NCBI GenBank assembly: GCA_964463165.1
Contig: CAYXBK010000019.1
Location: forward strand, 20,914-84,913
Reading direction: 5' to 3'
DNA: 64,000 nt
From: an uncultured Chitinophagales bacterium
GTDB taxonomy: Bacteria > Bacteroidota > Bacteroidia > Chitinophagales > BACL12
The notes under the pieces were generated by a model. That model was not told where the DNA came from, ran no database searches, and saw only the letters and a program-made list of their open reading frames with translations. Each line of letters opens with the position of its first letter. Position 1 is the stretch's first letter. Of the stretch, positions 29,487 to 38,347 are shown in pieces. A program made the position numbers and the translations under genes.

Positions 29487-32096
29487 ATGAAGAAACCTGT
29501 CTACCTAAAAAAACAATCCCAATTTCTTTTCACTTTCATTTTTTCACTTTTCAGTTTTTATGCAACAGCGCAAACAACCGTCACGGGAAATGTTTCTGCC
29601 GAAACCGGCGGCGCATTGCCGGGTGCAACAATCGCGGAAAAAGGATCGACCAACGGAACAGTAGCCGATATGGATGGAAATTTTACAATTGTTGTGAGTA
29701 ATGTTCCGGCAACTTTGGTTTTTACCTATGTCGGATATTCACAAGTAGAGATCACTGTAAATAAACAGGAAAATTTACGTGTACTGCTTGTTGAAGAAAC
29801 GTATAATTTATCGGGTGTTGAAGTTGTGGGAACACGCAGCCTCAACCGTTCGGCAACAGAAAGTATGGTGCCGATTGATATTATTGACGTGGGGGCAGTT
29901 ACAAATACACAGGGCCAGCTCGATATCAATCAATTATTGCAATATGCTGCGCCTTCATTTAATTCGAACAGGCAATCGGGTTCGGATGGTGCCGATCATA
30001 TTGATCCAGCCACTTTGCGTGGATTAGGCCCCGATCAGACATTGGTTTTAATCAATGGAAAAAGATATCATCAATCTTCACTCATCAATATTTTCGGAAC
30101 ACGCGGCCGCGGAAATACCGGAACAGATTTAAATACAATTCCTGCCGCAGCAATTGATCATATCGAAATATTGCGTGATGGCGCATCTGCACAGTATGGT
30201 TCGGATGCAATTGCAGGTGTGATAAATATTGTTCTGAAAAATAATGTGAATGAATTTACAGGCAATGTAAATACAGGTGCTTATCAGGCGGAATATAATT
30301 TTGATCAAGAAGCATTGGACGGGAAAAATTTACAACTCAATGGAAATTACGGATTTCAATTAGGGGATAAAGGATTTTTTAATGTGACTTCCGATTATCA
30401 TTACCGCGGTCACACAAACCGTGCGGAATTCACAGGTGATTTTCCGGACAATACCGATGTGCGGAATCAATACGGCGATGCGGAAGTAACGGATTTTTCC
30501 GGTTGGTTCAATATGCAATATCCGTTGAATGATAAAGCGCATATTTATGCATTCGGCGGATATAATACACGTGATGTGGAAGCTTATGCATATACACGTG
30601 CCGCAGATGAAGAAAGAAATGTTACGTCTATTTATGCAAATGGTTTTGATCCGATCATCGCATCTTTTGTAACAGATAAATCAATTTCAACAGGTGTTCG
30701 CGGTGAATTAAACGGATGGGATGTTGATTTTAATAATACATTCGGTTCTAATAAAATGCATTATTACGGAAGGCATACATTAAATGCGTCTTTATTAAAT
30801 GCATCTCCAACCGAATTTGACGACGGTGGATTTTCTCTCGCACAAAATACAACCAGTCTGGATTTTACAAGATATTATGCAGAGCCTTTAAGCGGAATCA
30901 ATTTCGCTTTCGGAACAGAATATCGTGTAGATAATTATCAAATCTTTGCAGGTGAAGAAGGATCGTATTTTAATTACGGCGGATTATTTATCGACGGAGA
31001 AGATACAATTATCCGTCCGGGTGGTTCACAGGGATTCCCCGGATTTCAACCCGGTGATGTAACCGATGAATTCAGAACAAATATCGGTGTATATGGAGAT
31101 GTGGAATTAAATTTAACGGAAGATTTTTCCATAGATGGTGCGTTGCGGTATGAAGATTATTCTGATTTCGGAAATACATTAACAGGAAAATTAGCAGCAC
31201 GTTATGCGATCAGCGATAAATTCGCTTTGCGTGGATCTTACAGCACGGGTTTCCGTGCACCATCACTTGCGCAGATTTATTTCTCTTCTACTTACACAAA
31301 TGTTGAAGTAGGTCAAATCATCGATGAAGTAATTGCAGATAATAAAAGTGTAATTGCACGCGAGCTCGGTATTCCTGCATTAAAAGAAGAAGAAAGTACG
31401 AATGCAAGTTTTGGATTTACAACAAAACCGATCACAGGTTTATCCTTAACGGTGGATGGTTATATGGTGACAATTAAAGACCGTATCGTGCTCACAGATG
31501 GTTTCGGTACCGATGATGATGTGATCGGCGAAACACTCGATGAATTAAATGTGGGTTATGCAAGATTTTTCACGAATGCGGTGGATACAAAAACAATGGG
31601 ATTGGATGTGATCTTATCTTATAAAATGTATATGGATGATAATACACTCACATTCACGTATGCCGGCAATTTTAACAAAATGGAAATTGATGCGATTCAC
31701 ACAAATGAAAAATTAGCGGGTAAAGAAGATAATTATTTCAGTTTGCGTGAACAGTATTTTTTACTTGCCTCTGCTCCGCCATCAAAAATGAATATTTCGG
31801 TTGAATATGCCACACCGAAATTCAATGCAAACCTCCGTGCAAATTATTTCGGAGAAATTAATCTGATCAATTACAGCGGCAATGAATATACCTATTCCGC
31901 AAAAGCATCAATCGATGCAAGTGTGGGATATGATGTATTTAAAAACATGCATGCAACTGTTGGTGTTGTAAATATTCTCGACACTTATCCCGACCCGACC
32001 GACCCATACGAAACTGAAACCGGCGGCGCATGGGATGCAGTGCAAATGGGATTTGGGGGAAGGTTTATGTTTGCTAAGCTCGGCTTTACATTTTGA
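29487..32096 (+). CDS. TonB-dependent receptor with N-terminal carboxypeptidase-regulatory-like domain
   Basis: Signal peptide; VTGNV...PGATI..KGS..GT..D.DG.F CarbopepD_reg domain; plug motifs (IEILRDGASAQYGSDAIAGVINIV); terminal aromatic residue ...LGFTF. Confidence 0.9.
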   Translation: MKKPVYLKKQSQFLFTFIFSLFSFYATAQTTVTGNVSAETGGALPGATIAEKGSTNGTVADMDGNFTIVVSNVPATLVFTYVGYSQVEITVNKQENLRVLLVEETYNLSGVEVVGTRSLNRSATESMVPIDIIDVGAVTNTQGQLDINQLLQYAAPSFNSNRQSGSDGADHIDPATLRGLGPDQTLVLINGKRYHQSSLINIFGTRGRGNTGTDLNTIPAAAIDHIEILRDGASAQYGSDAIAGVINIVLKNNVNEFTGNVNTGAYQAEYNFDQEALDGKNLQLNGNYGFQLGDKGFFNVTSDYHYRGHTNRAEFTGDFPDNTDVRNQYGDAEVTDFSGWFNMQYPLNDKAHIYAFGGYNTRDVEAYAYTRAADEERNVTSIYANGFDPIIASFVTDKSISTGVRGELNGWDVDFNNTFGSNKMHYYGRHTLNASLLNASPTEFDDGGFSLAQNTTSLDFTRYYAEPLSGINFAFGTEYRVDNYQIFAGEEGSYFNYGGLFIDGEDTIIRPGGSQGFPGFQPGDVTDEFRTNIGVYGDVELNLTEDFSIDGALRYEDYSDFGNTLTGKLAARYAISDKFALRGSYSTGFRAPSLAQIYFSSTYTNVEVGQIIDEVIADNKSVIARELGIPALKEEESTNASFGFTTKPITGLSLTVDGYMVTIKDRIVLTDGFGTDDDVIGETLDELNVGYARFFTNAVDTKTMGLDVILSYKMYMDDNTLTFTYAGNFNKMEIDAIHTNEKLAGKEDNYFSLREQYFLLASAPPSKMNISVEYATPKFNANLRANYFGEINLINYSGNEYTYSAKASIDASVGYDVFKNMHATVGVVNILDTYPDPTDPYETETGGAWDAVQMGFGGRFMFAKLGFTF

Positions 32097-32118
32097 TAAT
32101 AAATTGATTTGAAAAAAA

Positions 32119-32148
32119 ACGCTGCCTGGGAGGGCGGCGTTTTTTTTT
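32119..32148 (+). terminator. Rho-independent terminator after the TonB-dependent receptor
   Basis: ACGCTGCC-TGGGAG-GGCGGCGT hairpin (one G-T pair) followed by T8. Confidence 0.65.
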
Positions 32149-32285
32149 GCCCATAACCTAACAGGTTGTCCCCACAGTCAAACTCAAACCCAGAACCTGC
32201 CACTCAACGCATAATTCCCGCACGCCGGCAGGCAGGCTCAAAACCCTCAACTTTTTCCAAACTATTTCCTTCCCTCCGCAGTTTA

Positions 32286-32293
32286 TACCTTTG
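32286..32293 (+). promoter_or_regulatory. Bacteroidota -7 box (TACCTTTG) for the NifU-family gene
   Basis: TAnnTTTG match 15 nt upstream of the ATG at 32309. Confidence 0.4.
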
Positions 32294-32308
32294 CACAAAA
32301 GAAAAGTC

Positions 32309-32887
32309 ATGAGCAATTTTATTATCAGCATATATACCGAAGCAACCCCGAACCCCGACAGCCTTAAATTCGTGATGAACAAGATGCTGCTCACGGGCAC
32401 GAGCGTGGATTTCGACAGGGGAGATGATACGGGCTATGCGCCGCTGGCGGACGAGCTCTTCAAAAAATTTGATTTTATCAAGGGTGTTTTCATCATGAAC
32501 AATTTCGTTACCGTTCGGAAAGATGAAAATATCGACTGGTTTGAAGTGAAATCGCAGATCAGCGATTTTATCAAAAATCATGTGAGTGAAGGGAAAGTGA
32601 TTGTGGGAGATATTCCTGAGGTTGAAAATCTCGGTGGCGAATTCGACGGTGATGCAGTAATTGCCAAAATAAAACAAATGCTCGATCAATATGTGAAACC
32701 TGCAGTTGAAATGGACGGCGGTGCAATTCAGTTCAAATCATTTGACAGCGGCATTGTAACATTGATGTTGCAGGGTTCATGCAGCGGATGTCCTTCATCA
32801 ACAGTAACATTAAAATCCGGAATTGAAGGTTTATTAAAAAGAATGGTGCCTGAAGTGAAGGAAGTTGTTGCAGAAAGTGTTGAATAA
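32309..32887 (+). CDS. NifU family Fe-S cluster protein (Nfu_N + NifU C-terminal domain)
   Basis: IYTEATPNPDSLKFV Nfu N-domain and a C-terminal GSCSGCPSS CxxC motif. Confidence 0.85.
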   Translation: MSNFIISIYTEATPNPDSLKFVMNKMLLTGTSVDFDRGDDTGYAPLADELFKKFDFIKGVFIMNNFVTVRKDENIDWFEVKSQISDFIKNHVSEGKVIVGDIPEVENLGGEFDGDAVIAKIKQMLDQYVKPAVEMDGGAIQFKSFDSGIVTLMLQGSCSGCPSSTVTLKSGIEGLLKRMVPEVKEVVAESVE

Positions 32888-32933
32888 TTTACATCAAAAA
32901 TAAAATAGGCCTCTCGCGAAAGTGAGGGGCTTT

Positions 32934-33845
32934 TTATTTGCCGAAAAATGCACGGACATTTTTTTCTTCCAATGTGCGATAACCGTATTTTTCTTTTACA
33001 ACACCATCTTCCACAAAATAAACAGCAGGCAAATTTTTACCGCTTGCTTTAAAGAAATCTTCGATCGGAACAAATAAATAATTAAATTTTTGAGAATGGC
33101 TCTCTTCCCAAAATTCGGGCATGCCGGCAGGATTGCCGAAAAATACGTAAGCAATATTATTTTCAAGATCCATTTTTTCTGAAATTGTCGTGATCTTCGA
33201 ACCGGTCATTCTGCAAAACTGACACTTCATACTGAAGAAGCAGACAATTTTTTTTCCTTCCGTAATATTCAGCGGCTGATATATATCCCGCTGTATTTCC
33301 GCAGATACTGCATCGCCGTTAAATGTATCATAAACCGTAAACTGATCCTGGATTAAAAAATCAGGAGGAGATAAAAAAAACGGTGTAGCAATGCATGCGA
33401 TAAGTAAAACTACTGCTGCAGGTTTGTGATATTTAAAAACGGTTGATTTGCCTTTTCTGATAATCAGTAAAATAATGAGCAATACAATATTTTTAATAAG
33501 CGATTCACCGGGGCTTAATGCAATTGCATCGCCAAAACAAAAACAATTACCGGAATTATTCTGGAAGATCTGCACGACGAGAAAAACTGAAAACACCGTC
33601 AGCAGACAAAATGAAAAAAGCCATGTTATACGAAATTGAATCCCCGTAATTAAAAACAGACCGATGAGAAATTCGGTGCCGATCAAAACTCTTGCAAAAA
33701 CAAAACTGAGATCCATACTCATCATATTTAATGAATAGACATAGATCTCAAATCCATTTATTGAAATGAATTTTAAAACTGCTGAAGCGATAAATACCAG
33801 GCCGGCAAGTATCCGCAGAAATGTTTTATAATATTTTTTTGGCAA
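32934..33845 (-). CDS. MauE/DoxX-like membrane protein fused to a periplasmic thioredoxin-like CxxC domain (copy 1)
   Basis: Five predicted TM helices; NCFCFGD motif after TM3 (MauE-like CxCFG); C-terminal domain with CQFC. Paralog of 34276..35187, also 303 aa. Confidence 0.6.
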   Translation of the reverse strand: MPKKYYKTFLRILAGLVFIASAVLKFISINGFEIYVYSLNMMSMDLSFVFARVLIGTEFLIGLFLITGIQFRITWLFSFCLLTVFSVFLVVQIFQNNSGNCFCFGDAIALSPGESLIKNIVLLIILLIIRKGKSTVFKYHKPAAVVLLIACIATPFFLSPPDFLIQDQFTVYDTFNGDAVSAEIQRDIYQPLNITEGKKIVCFFSMKCQFCRMTGSKITTISEKMDLENNIAYVFFGNPAGMPEFWEESHSQKFNYLFVPIEDFFKASGKNLPAVYFVEDGVVKEKYGYRTLEEKNVRAFFGK

Positions 33846-33860
33846 GGAGAAGGAAATAAA

Positions 33861-33887
33861 AAAGGAGGTAATGAATTTACCTCCTTT
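33861..33887 (-). terminator. Perfect 11-bp hairpin between the mini-lipoprotein gene and copy 1 of the membrane oxidoreductase (terminator/attenuator)
   Basis: AAAGGAGGTAA-TGAAT-TTACCTCCTTT, followed on the minus strand by TTTATTT. Confidence 0.5.
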
Positions 33888-33905
33888 AAAATAACATTTA
33901 GATGA

Positions 33906-34118
33906 TTACAATTCTGTGCATGTTGTTTCAGATGTAATACCTCCTGAAGTAACAGAAGAATTCATATCTGAACAGTCACCATCCTGAATAGTAACTTCTG
34001 TTGTTCCGATGCTTACGCCACCAACAGATGAATCGCAAGAACATGTCTTTTCTTTAGAACATGATGTAACAAACATTGCCAAGGCAACTGTTAAAGTGAG
34101 GATTGAAATTTTCTTCAT
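33906..34118 (-). CDS. Mini-lipoprotein with four conserved Cys (70 aa from ATG 34118)
   Basis: MKKISILTLTVALAMFVTSC lipobox, then C-x5-C-x-C-x20-C-x17-C. Homologous to 35197..35418. Confidence 0.55.
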   Translation of the reverse strand: MKKISILTLTVALAMFVTSCSKEKTCSCDSSVGGVSIGTTEVTIQDGDCSDMNSSVTSGGITSETTCTEL

Positions 34119-34275
34119 TTTTAAGTTTTTGAGTTTCAATTAAAAGTGTTTACGGGCCCGAAATAAAGACAATCAGCGTAGATTTCCAAAAACCGGAGTG
34201 AATTTGATCGCCACTTTGAGTGCTTTATCGGACCGAATGGTTTATAATACAATGCTTTAGGCCCTACATATAAAA

Positions 34276-35187
34276 TTATTTAGCAAGGAAGCCGGAAATC
34301 TCGTTTTCATCGATATCGCGATAATTATACTGTCTGTACACCTTACCGTTGTCCAGAAGAAAGATCGAAGGAACAATGGGTCCTGCAATGCTGAAAAAGG
34401 TCCTCATATCCAGGAAAAGTGAATGAAAACCTGCTGAACCACCATTTTGTGTAAACCCGGCCAATTCGTTCTGATTGCCGGCAAAAACATAAAGTGTTTG
34501 ATCTTCCAGATCATGATTTTCGGCAATGATCGAAATTTTAGCCGAAGCCATTTCGCAATAATGACAACTGAGGCTGAAAAAACACACCATTTTTTTTCCG
34601 CTTGTAATACCTGCATCAACCAATTCGGAATTTGCTGCAATGGTTGCAGATGTTTTTTCGAAATCAGGTTTTTCCCTGTTGAACTGAAAAATAAAATCAG
34701 GAGCGGAAATCACAACCGGAATTACAAATGAAAGGATGAAAAGCAGCAACAGGATATTTTTTCCGTACCTGACATCTACCTGTTTGTATTTCCTGATGCA
34801 GAATAATAATAAGATCAGCACAATATTTTTTACGAACGATTCAAGCGGTGTGAGTTTGATCAGTTCACCGAAGCAATGACAATTTTCACTTGTATTTCCC
34901 TGTATGATCTGAAAAATTAAAAAAACGGAAAATACAATCAGCAGCAAAATCGTGATACGGTAAATTATTTTGAAATACAAACCGGTGAGCAGCATAACCC
35001 CGATAAAAAATTCGGTGCAAATGATCAACCTTGCAAGAACTGCCGAGAAATTAAAATTGAAAATATGTTGTCCGAAAATATATAATTCAAACAGGTCGAC
35101 GGAAAGAAATTTAAATAAAGCCGACAGAATAAATACCAATCCGGCGAGAATCCGGATCGCATGAAAAAGAAATTGTTTTGGCTGCAT
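34276..35187 (-). CDS. MauE/DoxX-like membrane protein fused to a periplasmic thioredoxin-like CxxC domain (copy 2)
   Basis: Same architecture as copy 1: NCHCFGE after TM3 and CHYC in the C-terminal domain; 303 aa. Confidence 0.6.
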   Translation of the reverse strand: MQPKQFLFHAIRILAGLVFILSALFKFLSVDLFELYIFGQHIFNFNFSAVLARLIICTEFFIGVMLLTGLYFKIIYRITILLLIVFSVFLIFQIIQGNTSENCHCFGELIKLTPLESFVKNIVLILLLFCIRKYKQVDVRYGKNILLLLFILSFVIPVVISAPDFIFQFNREKPDFEKTSATIAANSELVDAGITSGKKMVCFFSLSCHYCEMASAKISIIAENHDLEDQTLYVFAGNQNELAGFTQNGGSAGFHSLFLDMRTFFSIAGPIVPSIFLLDNGKVYRQYNYRDIDENEISGFLAK

Positions 35188-35196
35188 GCAGAGATT

Positions 35197-35418
35197 TTAA
35201 TATGGTTCGCAGTCAACAGTTTTTGTAATACCAAAAGTAGTTTCTTCCGAATCAAATGCGTTGCATGTTTTTTCCGGATCGCTTCCTTCGCCTGTAAGTG
35301 TAAAAGTGGTGTCAATTCCCATCACATCCTGCAGGCAATTACACCTGTATTCTTTTTTGCATGCATTTGTAAAAATGCAAATGGTCAACAGCAGGCAGAC
35401 AGAAATAATTTTTTTCAT
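35197..35418 (-). CDS. Mini-lipoprotein with four conserved Cys (73 aa)
   Basis: MKKIISVCLLLTICIFTNAC lipobox, then C-x5-C-x-C-x23-C-x17-C. Starts 3 nt after the rlmN stop. Confidence 0.55.
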   Translation of the reverse strand: MKKIISVCLLLTICIFTNACKKEYRCNCLQDVMGIDTTFTLTGEGSDPEKTCNAFDSEETTFGITKTVDCEPY

Positions 35419-35421
35419 ACC

Positions 35422-36459
35422 TTATTTATTTGCGAGCTGGCCGCAGGCGGCATCAATATCTTTTCCGCGGCTTCTGCGCACCTTCGCCACCACTCCATGT
35501 TCGTCGAGGTAACGGATAAATTGTTCACGGTGATTTTCATCCGATTTTTTATACTGCGCTTCGCGGATCGTGTTGTATTCTATAATATTGATTTTTGCCG
35601 GAACACGTCTGCATAATTTTATAAGATTTTTTGCATCTTCCATGCTTTCATTCAGGCCATCGAATAAAATATATTCGAAGGTGATCCGGTTTTCCGTTTT
35701 ATCGTAAAAATAATTTAATGCACTCACAAGATCGTCGAGGGTATTGGAATCATTGATCGGCATGAGCGCACTTCTTTTTTTATCATCCGCTGCATGCAGC
35801 GATAGTGCAAGATTGAATTTCACCTGATCATCTCCCAGCTTCCGTATCATTTTTGCAATGCCTGCAGTTGAAACCGTAATTCTTTTTGCGCTCATATGCA
35901 GGCCTTCTTCCGAAGTGATCTTTTCAATTCCATCCAGCACATTTTTATAATTGAGCAGCGGTTCGCCCATACCCATAAAAACAATATTGCTCAGCGGCAA
36001 CTCAAAATGTTCAAGTGCAATTTTATTTAATAATACAACCTGATCGAATATTTCATATTGTGTGAGATTTCTTTTTGTGCGCATATATCCCGTTGCACAA
36101 AATTTACATCCCAGATTGCATCCCACCTGACTTGATATACAGGCGGTCATGCGGTTTTCGGCAGGAATTAAAACGCCTTCAACCAATTCGCCATCAAATA
36201 ATAAAAACCTGCATTTAATTGTACCGTCACTGCTTTTTTGCATCAGATCAATGCGTACAGGATGAATTGCGAATTGTTTTTCAAGCTGTAACCTGAGTTC
36301 TTTTGGTAAATTGCTCATTTCCTCAAAACTGCCGGCCTGCTTTTTCCAGAGCCATTCATAAATTTGTTTTGCCCTGAATTTTTTTTCTCCCGACAATTCT
36401 ATCAGCCCCGTCAGTTCATCCAGTGTTAATGCACGTATTTCTGTTTTTTCTGCAGCCAT
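35422..36459 (-). CDS. rlmN: 23S rRNA/tRNA (adenine-C2)-methyltransferase RlmN (radical SAM)
   Basis: FRAKQIYEWLW N-terminus, CNLGCKFCATG radical SAM motif, GMGEPL, C-terminal DIDAACGQL. Start set at ATG 36459. Confidence 0.9.
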   Translation of the reverse strand: MAAEKTEIRALTLDELTGLIELSGEKKFRAKQIYEWLWKKQAGSFEEMSNLPKELRLQLEKQFAIHPVRIDLMQKSSDGTIKCRFLLFDGELVEGVLIPAENRMTACISSQVGCNLGCKFCATGYMRTKRNLTQYEIFDQVVLLNKIALEHFELPLSNIVFMGMGEPLLNYKNVLDGIEKITSEEGLHMSAKRITVSTAGIAKMIRKLGDDQVKFNLALSLHAADDKKRSALMPINDSNTLDDLVSALNYFYDKTENRITFEYILFDGLNESMEDAKNLIKLCRRVPAKINIIEYNTIREAQYKKSDENHREQFIRYLDEHGVVAKVRRSRGKDIDAACGQLANK

Positions 36460-36576
36460 TCTGCCGGTAAAGTTACCACTAATTGCGGCTTGAGCAGGCT
36501 TCCAGCGCACGAGGTGATTTTGATTATTCCTGTTAAAAACGGAACTTTAAGCATTCAAATCAACTGGAATCCGTTC

Positions 36577-37611
36577 ATGAGGAGGTTTTTCACTCTGCTA
36601 TTTTCATGTCTGTTTTTTGCTAACACACACGCACAGGACATACATTTTTCCCAATTCTATGCAGCGCCATTGAATTTGAATCCTGCATTAACAGGTGCCT
36701 TCAATGGCAATCTCCGCGGTATTCTGAATTACAGAAATCAATGGAATTCATTTGCACCGTTTAACACATTTGCCGCTTCCGTAGACATGAATTTCGGATC
36801 GAGTTTTCTGAAAAACGATTTAATGGGACTTGGATTAAGTGCATTTAACGACAGGGCAGGCAGTACCGATTTTTCAAGTACTGAAGTAAATATTTCCTAC
36901 GCCTATATTAAAATGCTCGGTAATCAGTTTCACCGCAGTTATTTATCTGCGGGATTTCAGGGAGGATATGCGCAGAAAAGTGTGAATTATCTCGCCATGA
37001 CATTTGCAAATCAATACAACGGTGTGAATTATGATCCGACAATCGGAACCGGTGAAGCAATTGCATTCGACAATCGCAGCTTTATTGATTTATCTGCCGG
37101 GCTTGTGTATTATCTTGTTCCCAGGGAAGACAGGTTCAGTATGTATATCGGCGGATCCGTTTTTCATGTGAACGAACCGGATCAGTCGATCGGTGCATCA
37201 GAAGATAAATTATATATGCGTCAATCGGCGCAGTTCGGATTTCAAAAACCGGTTGGAAAAATGACTTCACTCGTCGGCGGATATTGCGGCAATTTCCAGG
37301 GCCCGTATGTTGAGCATGTCGCGGGATTAAATCTGAAATTTTATTTAGACGGAATGCAATACAGCTCAACTGCAATTTCATTTGGCATATGGCAGCGTAT
37401 CGTGAAAGATGTGGAAGCAACCTATCAGTCGGATGCGACGGTTATTTTAGCAAGAGTGGATTATGGTCAGTTCAGTGCGGGATTCAGTTATGACGTGAAT
37501 ATTTCTTCTCTCACAGCTGCAAGTAAAAATAATGGCGGCCCCGAAATTTCGCTTACATATATTGCCCCGCTTCCGGAGAAACCAAGAAAAATCCCCTGCC
37601 CTAAATTTTAA
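36577..37611 (+). CDS. PorP/SprF family type IX secretion system membrane protein
   Basis: Signal peptide followed by QDIHFSQFYAAPLNLNPALTG, the PorP/SprF N-terminal signature. Start at ATG 36577. Confidence 0.8.
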   Translation: MRRFFTLLFSCLFFANTHAQDIHFSQFYAAPLNLNPALTGAFNGNLRGILNYRNQWNSFAPFNTFAASVDMNFGSSFLKNDLMGLGLSAFNDRAGSTDFSSTEVNISYAYIKMLGNQFHRSYLSAGFQGGYAQKSVNYLAMTFANQYNGVNYDPTIGTGEAIAFDNRSFIDLSAGLVYYLVPREDRFSMYIGGSVFHVNEPDQSIGASEDKLYMRQSAQFGFQKPVGKMTSLVGGYCGNFQGPYVEHVAGLNLKFYLDGMQYSSTAISFGIWQRIVKDVEATYQSDATVILARVDYGQFSAGFSYDVNISSLTAASKNNGGPEISLTYIAPLPEKPRKIPCPKF

Positions 37612-37630
37612 TTCCGGCAAAAAAATAATT

Positions 37631-38293
37631 ATGGGAAATTGGAATCTGCCGGTACTTTTCTTTTTTCTTTTTTATGCATGTACCGGTTCAGCACAAAATC
37701 ATCAGTTCAAGCTTGCAAACGGTAAATTAAGAGTAATCGATTTTTATATTTCCGGTGGCGATACGGTTTATCAGAAATATGAAAAAACAGTTTTGCAAAT
37801 CGAAAATGGTGATTCGATTTTGGCAGTTGAATTTTTTAACAGCAGAAAAAACTGGTATTTATACCGCTATAAAATTGTAAATGGAAAACCAAATTTAGAC
37901 GGCTGGCAAAAAGAATTTGATCTGGCCGGGATTTTACAAAACGAACGGTATTGCGAATTAGGTGAACGGGAATGCGGCATCACAAATAAATACAGTTATT
38001 ATCCCGGCGGGCAACTCAGCACAAAAGCAGGGTACAAAAAAAATACGCTCGACGGTTATACCTATTTCTATTACAGCAATGGGCAATTGCGCCAGCAAAT
38101 TGAATACAGGGAAGGGAAACTTTGGAATATTTTATCTTCATTCGACCAGGATGGCAATGCAATGGTAATAGGGGATTTTAAAGACGGGACCGGAACGGTG
38201 AATGTGTATTCAATGAATGGAAAATTAATTCAGCAAAAAATAATGGAGAAGGGGAGAGTGAAGAAAAAATTGAAAGTAAAGGGAGATCAGTAG
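37631..38293 (+). CDS. MORN-variant repeat protein (YwqK-like)
   Basis: Signal peptide. Repeats of the type YYPGGQLSTKAGYKKNTLDGYTYFYYSNGQLRQQIEYREGKLWN. Confidence 0.6.
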   Translation: MGNWNLPVLFFFLFYACTGSAQNHQFKLANGKLRVIDFYISGGDTVYQKYEKTVLQIENGDSILAVEFFNSRKNWYLYRYKIVNGKPNLDGWQKEFDLAGILQNERYCELGERECGITNKYSYYPGGQLSTKAGYKKNTLDGYTYFYYSNGQLRQQIEYREGKLWNILSSFDQDGNAMVIGDFKDGTGTVNVYSMNGKLIQQKIMEKGRVKKKLKVKGDQ

Positions 38294-38347
38294 CAATTAC
38301 ACTTCTGTTGCGATAGAAACAAGAAGTAGGATTGCTAAAATAAAATT

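Noticed and set aside
32204-32689. 161-aa minus-strand ORF opposite the NifU-family gene. Similar antisense ORFs include 395..706, 794..1063, 43807..44184, 59245..59604 and 61507..61950.
   Set aside because: They lie entirely inside strongly supported genes on the other strand. They have low-complexity or odd composition and no recognisable motifs, so they are shadow ORFs.
38291-38337. Long imperfect hairpin (TAGCAAT...ATTGCTA with an inner ACTTCTGTT/AACAAGAAGT stem) between convergent genes, considered as a bidirectional terminator.
   Set aside because: No T-tract follows it on either strand, so it is not called as a terminator. It may still act as an RNA 3'-end structure.
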